A model generated the notes under the pieces. It saw only the letters and a program-made list of their open reading frames with translations, was not told where the DNA came from and searched no databases. A DNA stretch of 63,788 nucleotides, counting the filler, from Octopus bimaculoides (Eukaryota): NCBI RefSeq assembly GCF_001194135.2. It is 4 parts of 4 records of this genome, joined end to end, with 100 filler letters (N's around TTAATTAATTAA, not from the genome) between each part and the next. Parts side by side here need not be neighbours in the genome. Positions count along the whole stretch, not along the records: positions 1 to 28,555 come from NC_068983.1; 3 more parts are not named here. One strand, written 5' to 3'. The translations under genes and the position numbers were made by a program. Shown piece after piece: positions 13,511 through 26,825 of the stretch. The number at the start of each line of letters is the position of its first letter. Within the stretch, counting starts at the first letter, position 1.

Positions 13511-13692
13511 TCGTAAGTGCATGATGTTGTTCGCACTTGTTTGGCACCTTCCATAATTTCAACAGAGTATTATTGCAACAACATTAAAGGCAAAATTTGC
13601 GACAGAACAAACATAATGTTGATAATAAGGATGATAGCGAAAATGACACTTCTCTCTCTCCACGCACACACGCACGCACACACACACACACA

Positions 13693-15035
13693 CGTAATTG
13701 TTAATCAGGACAGCAAACATATAGGCAAGGCAAACATCTCAAGTCGTATACAATATTATTATAGGCAGAAATTCAAAATCTTACAGCTGTTTCTGTGATA
13801 TCCCTGAGTATGGGATATTCCGTCATATTGTGATGAGGCAAGGTAGATAGAAATGAGGCAAGATGTAAGGTAGATATAAGAGTTTTAGAGATATAGAAGA
13901 GGTACGTGTTAATGATCATAGGGGTTTGTATGAGGGTGCTATTCATGGTGAGGTGATCTTACATTTTGATTTGTGAAAAAATTTAGAAGTGCGGGAGAAT
14001 TTGTGCTTCCACTTAGTGAAGGCCTCGTTCTATTTATCAAGCAATTGTGGTGAGTTGTGGATTAGAATTTTGAGAGTTTCTTTTAAGCAGTGTTTGAACT
14101 GAAGTGTTGGACCTGATATTGGGATACATATTAATTCTTTAATTTATCCTTAATTTATTTTTAAAACTTAACCCAATAAATCCCTTAATGTAAACCCCCT
14201 AACTCTAACTCCCACTCATATATAATTTAACATTCAATTAGCTCTTTCTTTCTCGACTACTTACATACACATAACCCAATTGCGAAAAATAACTTTACAA
14301 CACTGACCTTAACTGGAACGGACACAAGCAATTACTACTAAATTTCCTCCCAAACAACTTCAGAATATTTCTCTACCAGACATCTACTACTCTCTTTAAA
14401 TTCCTTTCATTTTGCTCTATTTTTTTTATCTTATCTTCATCTACATCCTCATCATCTCCCTTATCTTCTCGACTACACCGTACACCTATGCAACTTAATT
14501 TATCCTGTAGCCAATCCTTAAAATCCCCCACCTTACTTTATCTACCTCTCTTTCTATTACTTTTCTCCTCTTTTACCACTTAATAGACACCTCCGCTACC
14601 ATTTTGTTATGGAACGTCGATATGTTCGCATCTTTTTTATTAGGATGCCTATTATATGAGGATTTTAACTCACATGGATATACGCAGGATTGCACACAAG
14701 GACTTATACTCATGGATCTATGGACACATGTTCTAGTTTCTATAACTACTGAACGTTGTACTACGAAGTTTTATGCTTCTGTTTTCTTCTTTCCTTCTGT
14801 CTCCTTATTTTTTACTCCCTTCCTCTCTGTCGTCATCTTATTAATATATACCATTCTCATTTTCTCTATTTTTTCTCATTTTATCTCTATTTTCATCTGA
14901 TCACGGAATATCCCATACTCGCAGATATCACAGAAAGAGCTGTAAGATTTTGAACTGTTTTCCTTTAATAATACTGTTTAGGTTTCGAGATGTTTGTCTT
15001 GCCTTAATTTTTGCTGCCATATTTAACAGTTATAT
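13693..15035. mobile_element. Fold-back structure: ~135-bp imperfect inverted arms (PLE pseudo-LTR-like), each carrying a degenerate hammerhead-like motif
   Basis: 13693-13830 is the reverse complement of ~14897-15035 (e.g. ggaatatcccatactc..gatatcacagaaa.agctgtaagattttgaa). The interior is purine-rich on the left and pyrimidine-rich on the right. Confidence 0.8.
13960..14095 (-). mobile_element. PLE endonuclease C-terminal remnant inside the left arm of the fold-back
   Basis: Translation HCLKETLKILIHNSPQLLDK*NEAFTKWKHKF resembles the PLE C-terminal motif C.LCL.EK..I.....LLNKR.E....CRH, which is also seen at 40420-40570. Confidence 0.6.
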
Positions 15036-15222
15036 ATCTGCTGCATCGGAAATTTGCAATGGCTCTATAACTATCGTTTCGGCTATACACTTCGATAACC
15101 AGTAATGCGTTACAGCATTTACATAGCGTACATAATCATTTAGATCACCCATGAACTAAACTCCCATACACTATTTACATTATTTACATTTCACGGATAT
15201 TTGTCCTCATCTTGTTTGTTAA

Positions 15223-15261
15223 TACAACGTTTCGGCTGATAATATACCCTCAAGACTTCAT
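15223..15261 (-). ncRNA. Partial/degenerate hammerhead-like motif
   Basis: Minus strand reads (at)ATGA-agtcttgagggtatattatcagcc-GAAA-CGTTG-TA. The CUG of the CUGAUGA core is missing at the junction with the SINE head. Confidence 0.4.
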
Positions 15262-15262
15262 A

Positions 15263-15324
15263 TGGCCGTGGTTAAGAGAGCGAGCTACTAACCCCAAGAT
15301 TCCGAGTTCGATTCCAGACAGTGA

Positions 15325-15328
<4 letters not shown>
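15263..15328 (+). mobile_element. Short tRNA-derived SINE head followed by an (AAT)n tract
   Basis: A-box-like TGGCCGTGGTTA, anticodon-loop-like CTACTAA and B-box GTTCGATTCC. There is no complete acceptor stem, so this is not a tRNA gene. (AAT)n follows at 15329-15379. Confidence 0.7.
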
Positions 15329-15379
<51 letters not shown>

Positions 15380-15381
<2 letters not shown>

Positions 15382-15594
15382 GATAGTGCTCATGGGAACT
15401 GCCCATATCCTACGTAAAATACTGTCTATGTGATCTCAAATTTTAAAACATTCTCTAGAACAACACTGTACAAATTCAAATATATGGTACCCTAAGCATA
15501 ACACCTACATGAACTTCTAACTTGTTGTCTCTTGAGGTCTCTGGGTGGGACTTGGATTCAACTTGTACAAATGCAAAGCAAGAGTGAAACATAA
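15380..15594 (+). mobile_element. 5'-truncated R4/Dong-type element: extreme C-terminus plus 3' UTR, embedded in (TAA)n
   Basis: KIVLMGTAHILRKILSM* (15380-15433) matches the QK..LLGTAHILRK.L C-terminal motif of R4-clade RLE elements. TAA arrays lie on both sides (15329-15379; 15595-~15695). Confidence 0.8.
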
Positions 15595-15631
15595 AATAAT
15601 AATAATAATAATGATGATGATCAAGATGATG

Positions 15632-15678
<47 letters not shown>

Positions 15679-15984
15679 GATAATAACAATAATACAAATG
15701 ATAGGAGAAGGCACTACTTGAAGTCTTTGGTGATTTGTTATTGCTTGGTTTCAAGTACAGAACAATCGGAAATTAAGGACTACCCGAGAGTCTCTCAGAA
15801 CAACAAGAGCAACAACAGAAACAATAATAACAGCAGCCGTACCAACAACAAAAACAACAACAACAATGATAATAATAGCAATAATGATAATAATGAAACT
15901 GAAAAAAATTGTTAGACCTTGATTTGAAAGAATATTTCACGTGAATTATTATTTGCTTTCCAATATTTTTACAGAGAGTAAGTC

Positions 15985-16205
15985 GGCCAGCTGACAGAAT
16001 CGTCAGGACAAGAGGCAAGATGCTTAGCGGCACCTCGTTCAGCTTGAGGTTCTGAGTTCAGAAACTACCGAGGTCAAATTTGCCTTTCATCCTTTAGGGG
16101 TCCTTAAGATAAATACCAGTTGGACACTGGTAATCGACAGATGTAATCGACTTTACTCCTCTCCCGGTTTTACTGACCTTATGTCAAATTGAGAAACCAA
16201 TATTC
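15985..16205 (+). mobile_element. SINE family 1 copy
   Basis: gttctgagttcaga..ccgaggtcaaatttgcctttcatccttt..gggtc..taccagtt..gatgtaatcgact. Confidence 0.8.
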
Positions 16206-16384
16206 TTACAACAGTGAAAGGGGGAGATTTGGGAGCATCGCTAACATGCTGGGGAAAATGCTTAACACTGGTGTCCATGCAATCGATATAGCCCTCCTTT
16301 GAAATGTCTGGGCTTGTGCCAACATTTCAAATCGATATTTTAGAAAAATTGCTTTATTATTATTTTTTTTTTTCAGTACAAATA

Positions 16385-16515
16385 TCGCAGAGATCAACGT
16401 TGCTTTCAATCCATGTGGGGTCGATAGAATAAGTACCAGTTGAATGGTGGATTCAATGGAAACAATAGTCTTCCTCCCTGAAAATTGCTGGCCTTAGTCA
16501 TAATTTTAAAGCAAT
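16385..16515 (+). mobile_element. SINE family 1 3' fragment
   Basis: ggggtcgatagaataagtaccagttg...gaaaattgctggcctt. Confidence 0.7.
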
Positions 16516-18696
16516 AATTTACAAACGTTGATATTACGATACACAAAGATTCATTAATTTCAATAGCTATCAGTACCTTAGTAATAAACATACTTCTTTG
16601 AAGAACCAATATCGATTCTGACTGGGCCAGAAAAGAAGCTGTTTTAAATTGTGCGATATAGTAGAGCAGAACTGCGAAATAAGAATGATATGCTCATTTA
16701 CGAAACAAAGAAATAAAAATGTGTTTTACAGGTCATGTGAAATGAATATTATTTGAAAAGCTGAAACACAAAGAAAATGTGGTTGACCAAGACGTTACAA
16801 AGAAATAAAAGAAGTGAAACAGATAGAAAATCATGTCAAGATCAAGCTCGGCATGCTTGTATAGTGGGGATCCAATAAGTTTGAGGTCGGTCATAATCGA
16901 TTGCGTTCGACGTAACATATATAAATATGTGTATGTGTGTGAGTGTGTGTGGGGGAGAGCTCGGCGTGTGTTTGTATGCGAACGCATCTTTGTATTCTTT
17001 AAAACAATAAAATGGCAGAAAAGATATTTGTAGCTATTTAAGAACTCATATACATATTTATATTCAATATTCGTCTATGTTTTGCATCAATATCAGTTTT
17101 GCACTTCTACGACCTGGTTACTGACACAGTTCGACCATTTCCTTTTTTGTCAATGACCCGGCCTTAGAATAGCTATGGTATTTTAGAAATCTTAAGAAAT
17201 GAAACAGAGGCGAACAAAACATTTTTTGTTACTTCATAAATGGCTTAAATTATGTCTTTATGAAAGGAAACGCCTTACATTCGTTTTCATAGCAAGTGAC
17301 TCGCCAAGCAAGTGCAGAAAATACACACATACACACACACACACACACTCACACACACACCCACATTTATATATATATATATATATGTGTATATTTATAA
17401 ATGAGGGAGAGCAAGGCAAAATATAGTAATACAGGGAAAGAGGGTAAGCAAGTGAGAATCCCTAAGCAAAACGATTCAATAGTCTAGAAATATTTCAGAC
17501 CTGGGCAATAATAACGTTTATTTGTCAAAGGAAAACTTATTGTAATCATTAACAATACAAGCATTATCTATTTAATATTCATGTACATATGCCGATATAT
17601 TATACTGACTATTATTACAACAGCAGCTCTTCTCGTTTCGCTTTTCTCATATATACTGTTCTTTTTTTTTTAGTTTATGTTTTTTTACTGAAAATATATG
17701 CGTTATATTTATCGATAACAAAATTGATTCCCAATTATCGTGGGTTCACTGAGTACGATAGCAACTCGTGAAACATTTATGCATTATGTTTCAAACACTT
17801 TTGTTTTCCTTCATTGTATTGTTGACACCAATTTCTCGATCAATATCATTTTGTATATAAACTAGCATGTGAGGTATTCGAATAAAACACACATATATAC
17901 ACACAGACATATACGGACTATATATATATATATANNNNNNNNNNNNNNNNNNNNNNNNNNNNNNNNNNNNNNNNNNNNNNNNNNNNNNNNNNNNNNNNNN
18001 NNNNNNNNNNNNNNNNNNNNNNNNNNNNNNNNNNNNNNNNNNNNNNNNNNNNNNNNNNNNNNNNNNNNNNNNNNNNNNNNNNNNNNNNNNNNNNNNNNNN
18101 NNNNNNNNNNNNNNNNNNNNNNNNNNNNNNNNNNNNNNNNNNNNNNNNNNNNNNNNNNNNNNNNNNNNNNNNNNNNNNNNNNNNNNNNNNNNNNNNNNNN
18201 NNNNNNNNNNATATATATATATATATATATACATATATGGGTGTGTATGTATATACAAATATACATGTGTGTGCGTGAATGAGTATGTGTGTGTATCTTA
18301 GTGATCTTGCTTTCAAGGATATTAATATTTGATTAAAATTTCCGTTTTCATGAGTTCATGCACTCTATATTTTTTCTGCCAACATACTTATATGATGGAC
18401 ATCAATATTAACGCACATGCTCTCTCAGATTTGAATATCAGATATTTACCAATAGACGTTGCAGGATAGCAGAAATTGTTGTTGTATGCATATTTCCATT
18501 TTCTGACAGTTTAAATTGCACGTTGTTTACAAAATATGTAGATTTCACCTTTTGTAAGCTTAGCTTAATTCATAAAACATTCTTAGTGTCTACTCTAAAG
18601 ACAAATTATACTTGCTTATTTTGTTCGTTAAGGTACATAGATTGATTGACAGGCAGGCAAATAGATAGATAGATATATTGATAGATAGATAGATAC

Positions 18697-18733
<37 letters not shown>

Positions 18734-20084
18734 ATGATAAATAGATAGATAGATAGAATGATAGATAGATAGATAGACAGACAGACCTGATGTAAGTATG
18801 TTCGAATGGCTAAAATATTTGCTTTCCACACACTAGGTCACAGCATCGATCGCACAACCTGGCATCTTGTACAAATGTCATTCAGTACAGGTCAGACATA
18901 GTATGTGATTGAAATTGAGTGAACGAAACTAATGAACCACGTCATGTGGAATGCATTTGTACTTCAAAGGTAATGTCACATTACAATCTATATCACGCTA
19001 ATTTTATCTGACAATCACTTGCTCATTACACACATAAGTCATATGTAAAGTCATGGTAATTTAAGTTCGGTTACATTAATTGTTGGAATAATAGCATCTC
19101 CACGATCGGATGATGAAAAAATTCCCTCTTATACACAGTAATTTATAGTAGAGAAACCTATTGTTTATATTATTACAAAATGTTCTGCTTAAGCTATCAG
19201 TAGTGTTATATAAATGAAAAATATATAACACTAATTATTGAAAATTAAAAATAACAATGTAATTTTCGATTAGACATAGTATAATTGTCAAAATAATGTA
19301 GGTGGACGTAATTAAAATATTGATAATAATGGAATCAATTTTCTATTTCATTTTTTTATGTCACTTTAGGATATTCATTATGCCTGAGATCAAAAATATA
19401 TCTGAATGGTAACGATTAATATATCTGCAAACATTTTCAAATGTAAACACTTTTGTAAAAGAAGTTCCAGATGTTGCTCTTGCCATTCCTATTTTACTTA
19501 GAGCATTCATTAATATTTTAAATTGCAGGCAGTAATTCTCAGACAGGTACATGGTCACAATACTTGCAAACACCCAGAACAGATAACAGAAATCATTTTA
19601 TAGGACACACTAAAATTTCTAACAATATTCTGTCCAATCAGGCACTTTATTTGATGAAACCCAAAATGTTGAAATCTGAATTTGAAATCGGGTGGATTTG
19701 AAATCTAAGTGTAAAAAGCTGGAGTAAATTACAGCAGATTCTTTGTCATATTCGATGGCAACATTGCTAGATCAAAATTTTGAAATAGTGAAATACACCT
19801 AATTAATTTAGATGCTGTTTAATATACAAAAGTTAGCATCTGTGCTGTCTTCAAGACAATTAAATACGCAAACCTCAAAATTTCGTGTAGAGAAATGGGC
19901 AACAAGAAATGTAAATGACTCGGTAAATCAGTTTCATGCAAAATAGATTAAGCGAAATATTACAATTGTTGACGAATATATTTTATGTTCAAGATAAGAT
20001 ACCTACCGGTGCACACGTATAAAGTGAAATGAATGATTGACAGAAGGAATGCGTGACTAGGAAGCTAGAAAAATAAAGAAACAG

Positions 20085-20280
20085 ATTTAAGATAGACAAA
20101 TGGTTAAGAATAAATGAGAGCTGTGATAGACAAACGGCTAACAATAAGGGAGATCTGTGATAGACAAACGGTTAAAATAAACGGATAATGTAAGAGAAAA
20201 GACGGTGTAAATAAGTAAAAAGTGTGATAGACAGCTGTGTAAATTAAGCAAGAAGTGTGATTGACAATTGGCTAAAATAT
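20085..20280. repeat. Degenerate ~33-bp minisatellite, about 6 units
   Basis: Recurring core tgtgatagacaaacgg(c/t)taa at ~33-bp spacing. Confidence 0.7.
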
Positions 20281-20409
20281 TCAGACAAAAATCCTATCAA
20301 TTTTAAAACGTCTGTGATATCAAGGAACACAAGGAAATCATGATACAAATCTAATAACATGCTTGCATTTTTTCCCAATTACCTATATTAGAAAGACTAG
20401 CTGTAATAA

Positions 20410-20620
20410 GATAATGATTTCTAGTTTCGGCATATAGTCTGCAATTTCAGAAGAGGGAGCAAGTCGGTTACATCGTCTCCAGTAATCAACTAGTGCTTAT
20501 TTTAATGACTCCGAAACGATGGAAAGCGGAATTAGAATTAAGAACGTAACGTAAAGACGGGCAACATGCCGCTAGGCATTTAACCTGGTGTCGAAACGAT
20601 TTGGCCAGCGGCGAGCTGTC
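20410..20620 (-). mobile_element. Degenerate SINE family 1 copy
   Basis: aagtcggtttacatcgtctccagtaatcaactagtgcttatttt...ccgaaa...agaacgtaa...ccgctaggcattt. Confidence 0.65.
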
Positions 20621-21499
20621 AGAATCAATTAGCTGTGATAAAAATCATTTGAATGCAAACATATTATTTCTTTACTGAATGTATGTAAAAACTTATCAGA
20701 GAGTTTCTCAACAGAGATTTTGCATACTGTTTTCAACTCATTAGAGTAATATGTACCTGTTATCCATTCACAATCAATAGCATAAGATAATTTTCTACAA
20801 AATAGAAAATGTGCTAACGAAGTAGACTACTGATTCTCATAGTGTTTGCATTCGATTGACTCATTTAAAAATGATATATTATGTATACTCGACACAAAAT
20901 GAATCAGAAGACGCAAAATCAATTTCAATACCAGAAAAGGTCACTTAAAGAGAAATTATAGGAATGTAAGCATATTAATTCTGTGTTTTATTATATACAG
21001 AATCTAAAATATGAGCAGTTGCTAATTAAACCCTTTTGCACTTCGTTTCTCCTTCTCACAGTAGGAGTATCAATTTTTGTCTTTCATTTAACCAATTTAT
21101 GATCAGATAGTTACGCTCAAATATATTCTTACATCCGCCATAATTGAAAGACACTGGGCAAAATGTTTTCTTTCCTTGAATCACATTCATTCATGAATGT
21201 GAATTTGGGTAGGATTTCGGAGAAGCCATGATATAATTTTATTAGTATATTGATTAGATTTACACTGGTGTGCATTGACGGAAACTTGCTCCTACACATT
21301 AATGATTACAATCGGTAAGAATTATAAGTACACATATATAACAAATTATATTAAGTCAGGTTTTAAACATGTTAATTTTTGTATACATTCCAACTTGGCC
21401 CCTATTTATCTTTAATGGTCCAACTAAACGTATATCTATATAATTCAGACTTAATATTTCCATTCATCAAATAGAAACCATTATGTCATACTCCAAACG

Positions 21500-21544
<45 letters not shown>

Positions 21545-21589
21545 GCGAATAATATTGATTTAATATTTTGAAACAATGCCAGGAGTTTC

Positions 21590-21720
21590 CGGGGAAAAGG
21601 GTAAAGTTACTTACTTTTATTCCAGTTTTCAACCGGTACTTATATTGTGGACCACGGAAGGTTAAAAATCGAAGTCGAACTACGTGGAATTATAAACGAA
21701 AAATGTGTTGTGCTAACGAT
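21590..21720 (-). mobile_element. Very degenerate SINE family 1 copy
   Basis: ggtacttatattgtggaccacggaaggttaaaaatcgaagtcgaac resembles ggtacttaatttatcgaccccgaaaggatgaaaggcaaagtcgacc. Confidence 0.45.
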
Positions 21721-22162
21721 TCTAGCAGCTGACCGCCTTGCTCTGGCGGATAAATTGTGGATGCAAATAGCTAAGGATGGTTTCACTTGTTTAACATGTC
21801 TCAGAGATAATATGCATTTGCAATTAAAATATCCATTTAAAGCGGATTTCAGTGGGATGGATTTCAACATTTGTTATGTAAAATATGCGCATCAGGTGTT
21901 CATTAAACGAACGGTCGCCATCATCTTACTAACCGTCGTTATTAATTTTCACTGTGAAAATTCTAATCATTATGACAACATACAGCACAACCGACAAAAC
22001 ATTTGTTATTACATGTTGCTACATGTCAATTATATTCCGTGAACTTCATATATGAAGCTTGTAGCATATGCAGTGGCAATCAGTGACGACTAAATTCTCC
22101 CAATACGATTCACATTGCCCCCAGTTACACATGTCCATTTTATATCTACATATACCTGCACA

Positions 22163-22163
<1 letters not shown>

Positions 22164-22258
<95 letters not shown>

Positions 22259-22429
22259 CACACACACACGCACACATGTATATAGATATATATCTATCCA
22301 TGCGTAGAAGCACACACACATCGATATATACATCGACACACTTATATACATATCCATACACAAACATATATCTATATGTGAAATGTGAATGTGTGTGGTG
22401 TGTTTGTGTGTGATTATGGCAGCGCAATA

Positions 22430-22500
<71 letters not shown>
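22164..22500. repeat. Long (CA)n and (TA)n microsatellites
   Basis: Visible directly. Similar dinucleotide and tetranucleotide arrays recur throughout (e.g. 25735-25830, 34875-34940, 53437-53524, 56600-56785, 61200-61900). Confidence 0.97.
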
Positions 22501-24904
22501 CAAAAAATATATATGCATGTATACACACATATATGTATATACTTTCATCTCCATGTGTGTATAGATGCATATCAGGGTACAGGATGTTAGAACAATGAAC
22601 TACAGACAACGGAACGAACACATAGGAAAACAGAAAGCCACTTGGAATTATTCATCAGCTGCCTCTATTCTAAGTCGACGTTTCGAAGATACATACATGC
22701 ATACATACATATGTATGTATATACATATAAGTGTAATATTGACTGTTCATGCAGCCTAAAATCCACAACTGTTAATGACCTCTTTTCACATATATTCAAG
22801 TCACATAGTCAGGTGTAATTAGAGTTGTATATTACGTTTAATTAACCACCTGTCATCTATACAATTACGTCCGTTCGGCAACCTTCTTCATCTAGCATTA
22901 GTTTCAGTACGGAAGAAATAATACTTACATACAATACTGTTGTAAATTCAACATATCATACGAATGGAAAAAGATAGCTTATCACCTCATCCGACCATCA
23001 CTTCAACGCAGAACATCTAACTGTGAGTGAGTGTGTTTGTGCGTCTGTGAGTGTGTGTGTGTATAAAATATATATGCTTATACATTTATATTTTTATACA
23101 GGTAAAATATTTAGTGCGGTGAACGTTGAAACGTTTCACTTATATGTTTGCTGGAATAGCGTTGATCTGTCCCTAGATGCAACTACCATTTTTGACTTCC
23201 TAAATAGACAGTTGACCTGCGATTTCGGACAAAAGAGAAATTTATGAATTGTTACGGGTACTTCAGAAGTGTTTTCTGTATTAACATCCGGAATAAAAAC
23301 AGTTAAATTTGACCTCCGTTGTAAAACGTCGGATGAAATATCGTATATTTTCGCCGTCAAAATTATTCCAATAACCTACCACATTTGTTGCTGTCGGTTG
23401 TGATGCTTTCGAGGATACTTATGATTCTGTGTCACCACCCAGTTCACTCCTTACGAATTTGAATTGGAAACTTGAGTCATTGAATAACTAGCTACATAAC
23501 CATGGACGCCGCCGCTATGGATGCGTTGAAATTACTCTCTTTGAGAGAGCTTGATGATCTTGACCGTTGATCATCTAGGATTCCTCGGCTCCACAACAAT
23601 GTAAGAAGCAGAGTTCGCTCAGTTGAAAGTTTCTGCTATCTCTTCATATTTAGCAATGCAGCAGCCTCATAATTCTGCTATATCCCTAACAAGGTAGTTG
23701 AACGAGTGCTCTAGCTTGCCAAAGGACAACCCGTAACTACGGAGGGTAAAATCACCATTCCGTTAGCTATTTGATTCGAGAAAATATTAAAACGGGAACA
23801 GATTATAAACTGACAGAAATCAAGTATTAACACTGAAAAAGGAGAAAATTATATTAATATAAATGTCATAAAGTTAAAAGATATCGAAACGTATAAATGT
23901 TTGAATATGAATATCAGAAACCTGAAAAGTGTAGACGAAAAACTTGTTTATTATCACAATTGGTAAAAAAAAAAAAAAAACACGGTTACATATTCTGTGT
24001 TTATTTATATTGCCGTGTTTAGGCTATTATCAACTTCATTTCCTACACACCTTACTGAAATGCCTCAGCATGATATGTTCCTGTTTTGTTATCGGTGTTT
24101 TGTTTTCAATGCTAGATGAAACAGGGCCAAACTGAAAGCGTGGATATATTCCTCTACCTTTATATATANNNNNNNNNNNNNNNNNNNNNNNNNNNNNNNN
24201 NNNNNNNNNNNNNNNNNNNNNNNNNNNNNNNNNNNNNNNNNNNNNNNNNNNNNNNNNNNNNNNNNNNNNNNNNNNNNNNNNNNNNNNNNNNNNNNNNNNN
24301 NNNNNNNNNNNNNNNNNNNNNNNNNNNNNNNNNNNAACCAGTGTTACCATAATCAATATATTGCATTATCTCTGATATTTTTCACTTAGTAAATGATGCA
24401 GATCTGTTACATTGGTTCAATCTCAACCAATAGCATTTCTGCTTCAGACTTAATTGGTTTTTCGATTCTCGATACTGACTGAACATCTAAAAAACATTAT
24501 TGTTTGGGAGTGGCAACTGAATTTCATTCAGTACGTTTTCTTATACAGGATAGGTATATTGTTGTATTAAGTAGAATTTACATTTACTGATTTATTTATT
24601 TACCGTTGGCAGTTTTTTTTATTATTAATCATGGCGTAAGGTGATGGATTGTCAGAAATCTTAGAACTTCATATGAATGCGCTGCCAGATTTGTTCAGGC
24701 TTCTTAGTTTCTAACTTCAAATACCGGCTGCGTCTATTCTGCCTCGTATTCGATTCGGGTCGATAAAGTATAAGAGAGCCTATTGTCCCTACACTTAAAT
24801 TTATGGCTTATGGCTGATGCAAGAAGTTCATTGGCCGGCAATACTGTTAGAGTGAGAAAAAAATGAATTACATGTTTCTGTTGTCGTTCAAATCTTTTCG
24901 ACAT

Positions 24905-25145
24905 GAAGAGCCTTCCAACACCCGTTGTATATATTATGCACATGAGTGTATGTATATATGTATGTATTTGTGTATCTGTGTTTGTCCTTCTAGTGTCGCT
25001 TGACAACCGGTGTTGGTGACTTTGTATCCTCGTAATCTAGCGGTTCGGCAAAAGTTCTGGGGTGGATTTTTGTGACTAAAGGCGGTTTTTCCAGCATGGC
25101 CGCAGTCATATGACTGAAGCAAGTAAGAGGGTAAATGAATAAAAG
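24905..25145 (+). mobile_element. SINE family 2 body (internal microsatellite type)
   Basis: tcgcttgacaaccggtgttggtg...cgtaatctagcggttcggcaaaag...gactaaaggcggt..tccagcatggccgcagtca..tgactgaa; homologous to 26418-26560 (-), 37623-37720 and 63040-63250. Confidence 0.8.
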
Positions 25146-25751
25146 AATAGGTATATATACTTGCATACATAAATGCTTCTTTCAGTTGGCCTCCAAATTT
25201 CACTCACCTCTTAAGACTTTTCATTTCAGTACTTCAAATTCATTCAATAGTGATACTTTTAGCCCAATCAGTATCATTTGTAATATCGCTATCATTAACA
25301 TACAGCAAAAACTTGGGATTTTCGTTCCCTGATTTTCTTGAATTGAAATTTATCACGAATATAATGGGGAATAACTCTTCCAAACTTGTTTCTAATTTTG
25401 CACTGTGTCTTAACTCCTTAACTTCTTACCTCTAAAATTTTGATTCATACATTTATTATTCTAGAGTTGACTTAATGCGTACTGCAGTCAGCTTGAAAGA
25501 GGAAATTTGCTTCCGGTCAATACGTCTGAGGAGATGTAAATAATTTTAGTCATAATATTCGAGGAAAAAGCCGACCGTAATGTTCGTTCAGACCAATTTA
25601 ATGCATAACCCGTTAAGCGATTAATTGATACTACGATATGTGATGAAAAGATATAAAAATGCCACCGCTCATTTCGTTATAATGGATGTACATTCATCTC
25701 TGACTCATCGATAACCGATCATATATGAGTGTGTGTATTTGTGTGTGTGTA

Positions 25752-25833
<82 letters not shown>

Positions 25834-26417
25834 TACGCACGTATGTGTGTCTTTATACTTTTGCATGGTCTGTGATTCTGTGTCAATGTGTGTCTGAAGA
25901 ATCCTAGAGCGGTTGTATTTTTGATATTGAGGACTTGACAATCATTCTATATAAGTGAATTCCCCAAATGTACTCGTCTTCATTTCAGCACTCGTCAGAC
26001 AAGCATATGATTGCATAGTCGTCCTAAAATCCCCAAGTTGAGAAGACACCAGCAATACTACATTTTAATCTATAGACTACAGTGCCTTTCGTTCATCTTA
26101 TTACATTTTAAATTTGGAAATGACGTTTTATTTGGGCTTAATAAGTTGTCTGTTATTTTATGTACATGTTGCATTAACAGACGCATTAAATGACAAAAGA
26201 ATAATGATTTATGTACTTAACTGAGAATTCTTGGAATCTTGCAAAATTTCTATATAATGTAGATAAGTGTGTGAGTGTGTATCTGTTTATATCACTATAT
26301 AGACACTCACACACATGCATACATAAACACATACATACAGACAGACGGACATACGTATATTCAAACATAAATACATAGGCATATGTATCTACTATATATC
26401 TTTTATATTTTACATGT

Positions 26418-26740
26418 TTCAATCATTTGACTGCAGCCATGCTGGGGCACTGAAGTATATTCCCCAATAAATTTTTGTAGAAGCTTTGTACTTATTCTAT
26501 CGATCTCTTGTGCTGAACAGTTAAGTTACGGGGAAATATGCATACCAACAACGGTTCTCAAGATACTTTCAAATGCATATAAGATGAGTTTCTTTCTGTT
26601 TCCGTCTACCAAATCCACTCATAAGGAATTAGTCCTCCTCGGGCTTAAGTAAAAGGCACTTGTCCAAGGTACCTCCCATTGGGATTGAATCCGGAAACAT
26701 GTGGTTGTGAAGGAAGCTTGCTACAACACAACTACGCTGC
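26418..26740 (-). mobile_element. Near full-length SINE family 2 with tRNA-like head
   Basis: The minus strand begins with a tRNA-like head (gcgtagttgtg...aaccacatgtttccggattcaatccca), continues gagtggatttggtagacggaaac, and ends ccagcatggctgcagtcaaatgattga. Confidence 0.8.
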
Positions 26741-26825
26741 GCGTACACACACACACACAAACACACACACATACACACATACACATACACACATGCATAT
26801 GTATATATATAGGAATGGAGGAATT

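Noticed and set aside
15263-15328. Possible tRNA-Ser gene (CT-ACT-AA loop, GTTCGATTCC)
   Set aside because: There is no complete acceptor stem, the D arm is shortened and it is followed by an AAT tract, so it is better explained as a SINE head. The same applies to 63599-63660 and 26690-26740.
22650-22686. Hammerhead half-motifs (minus strand GAAACGTCGAC...CTGATGA)
   Set aside because: The halves are in the wrong order for a single type I motif, there is no U at 16.1, and no stems I or II could be formed.
23090-23400. Possible exon after tttttatacAG (GKIFSAVNVETFHL...)
   Set aside because: It ends in a stop with no convincing donor or family motif, and both strands give similar short frames, so it is not separable from chance.
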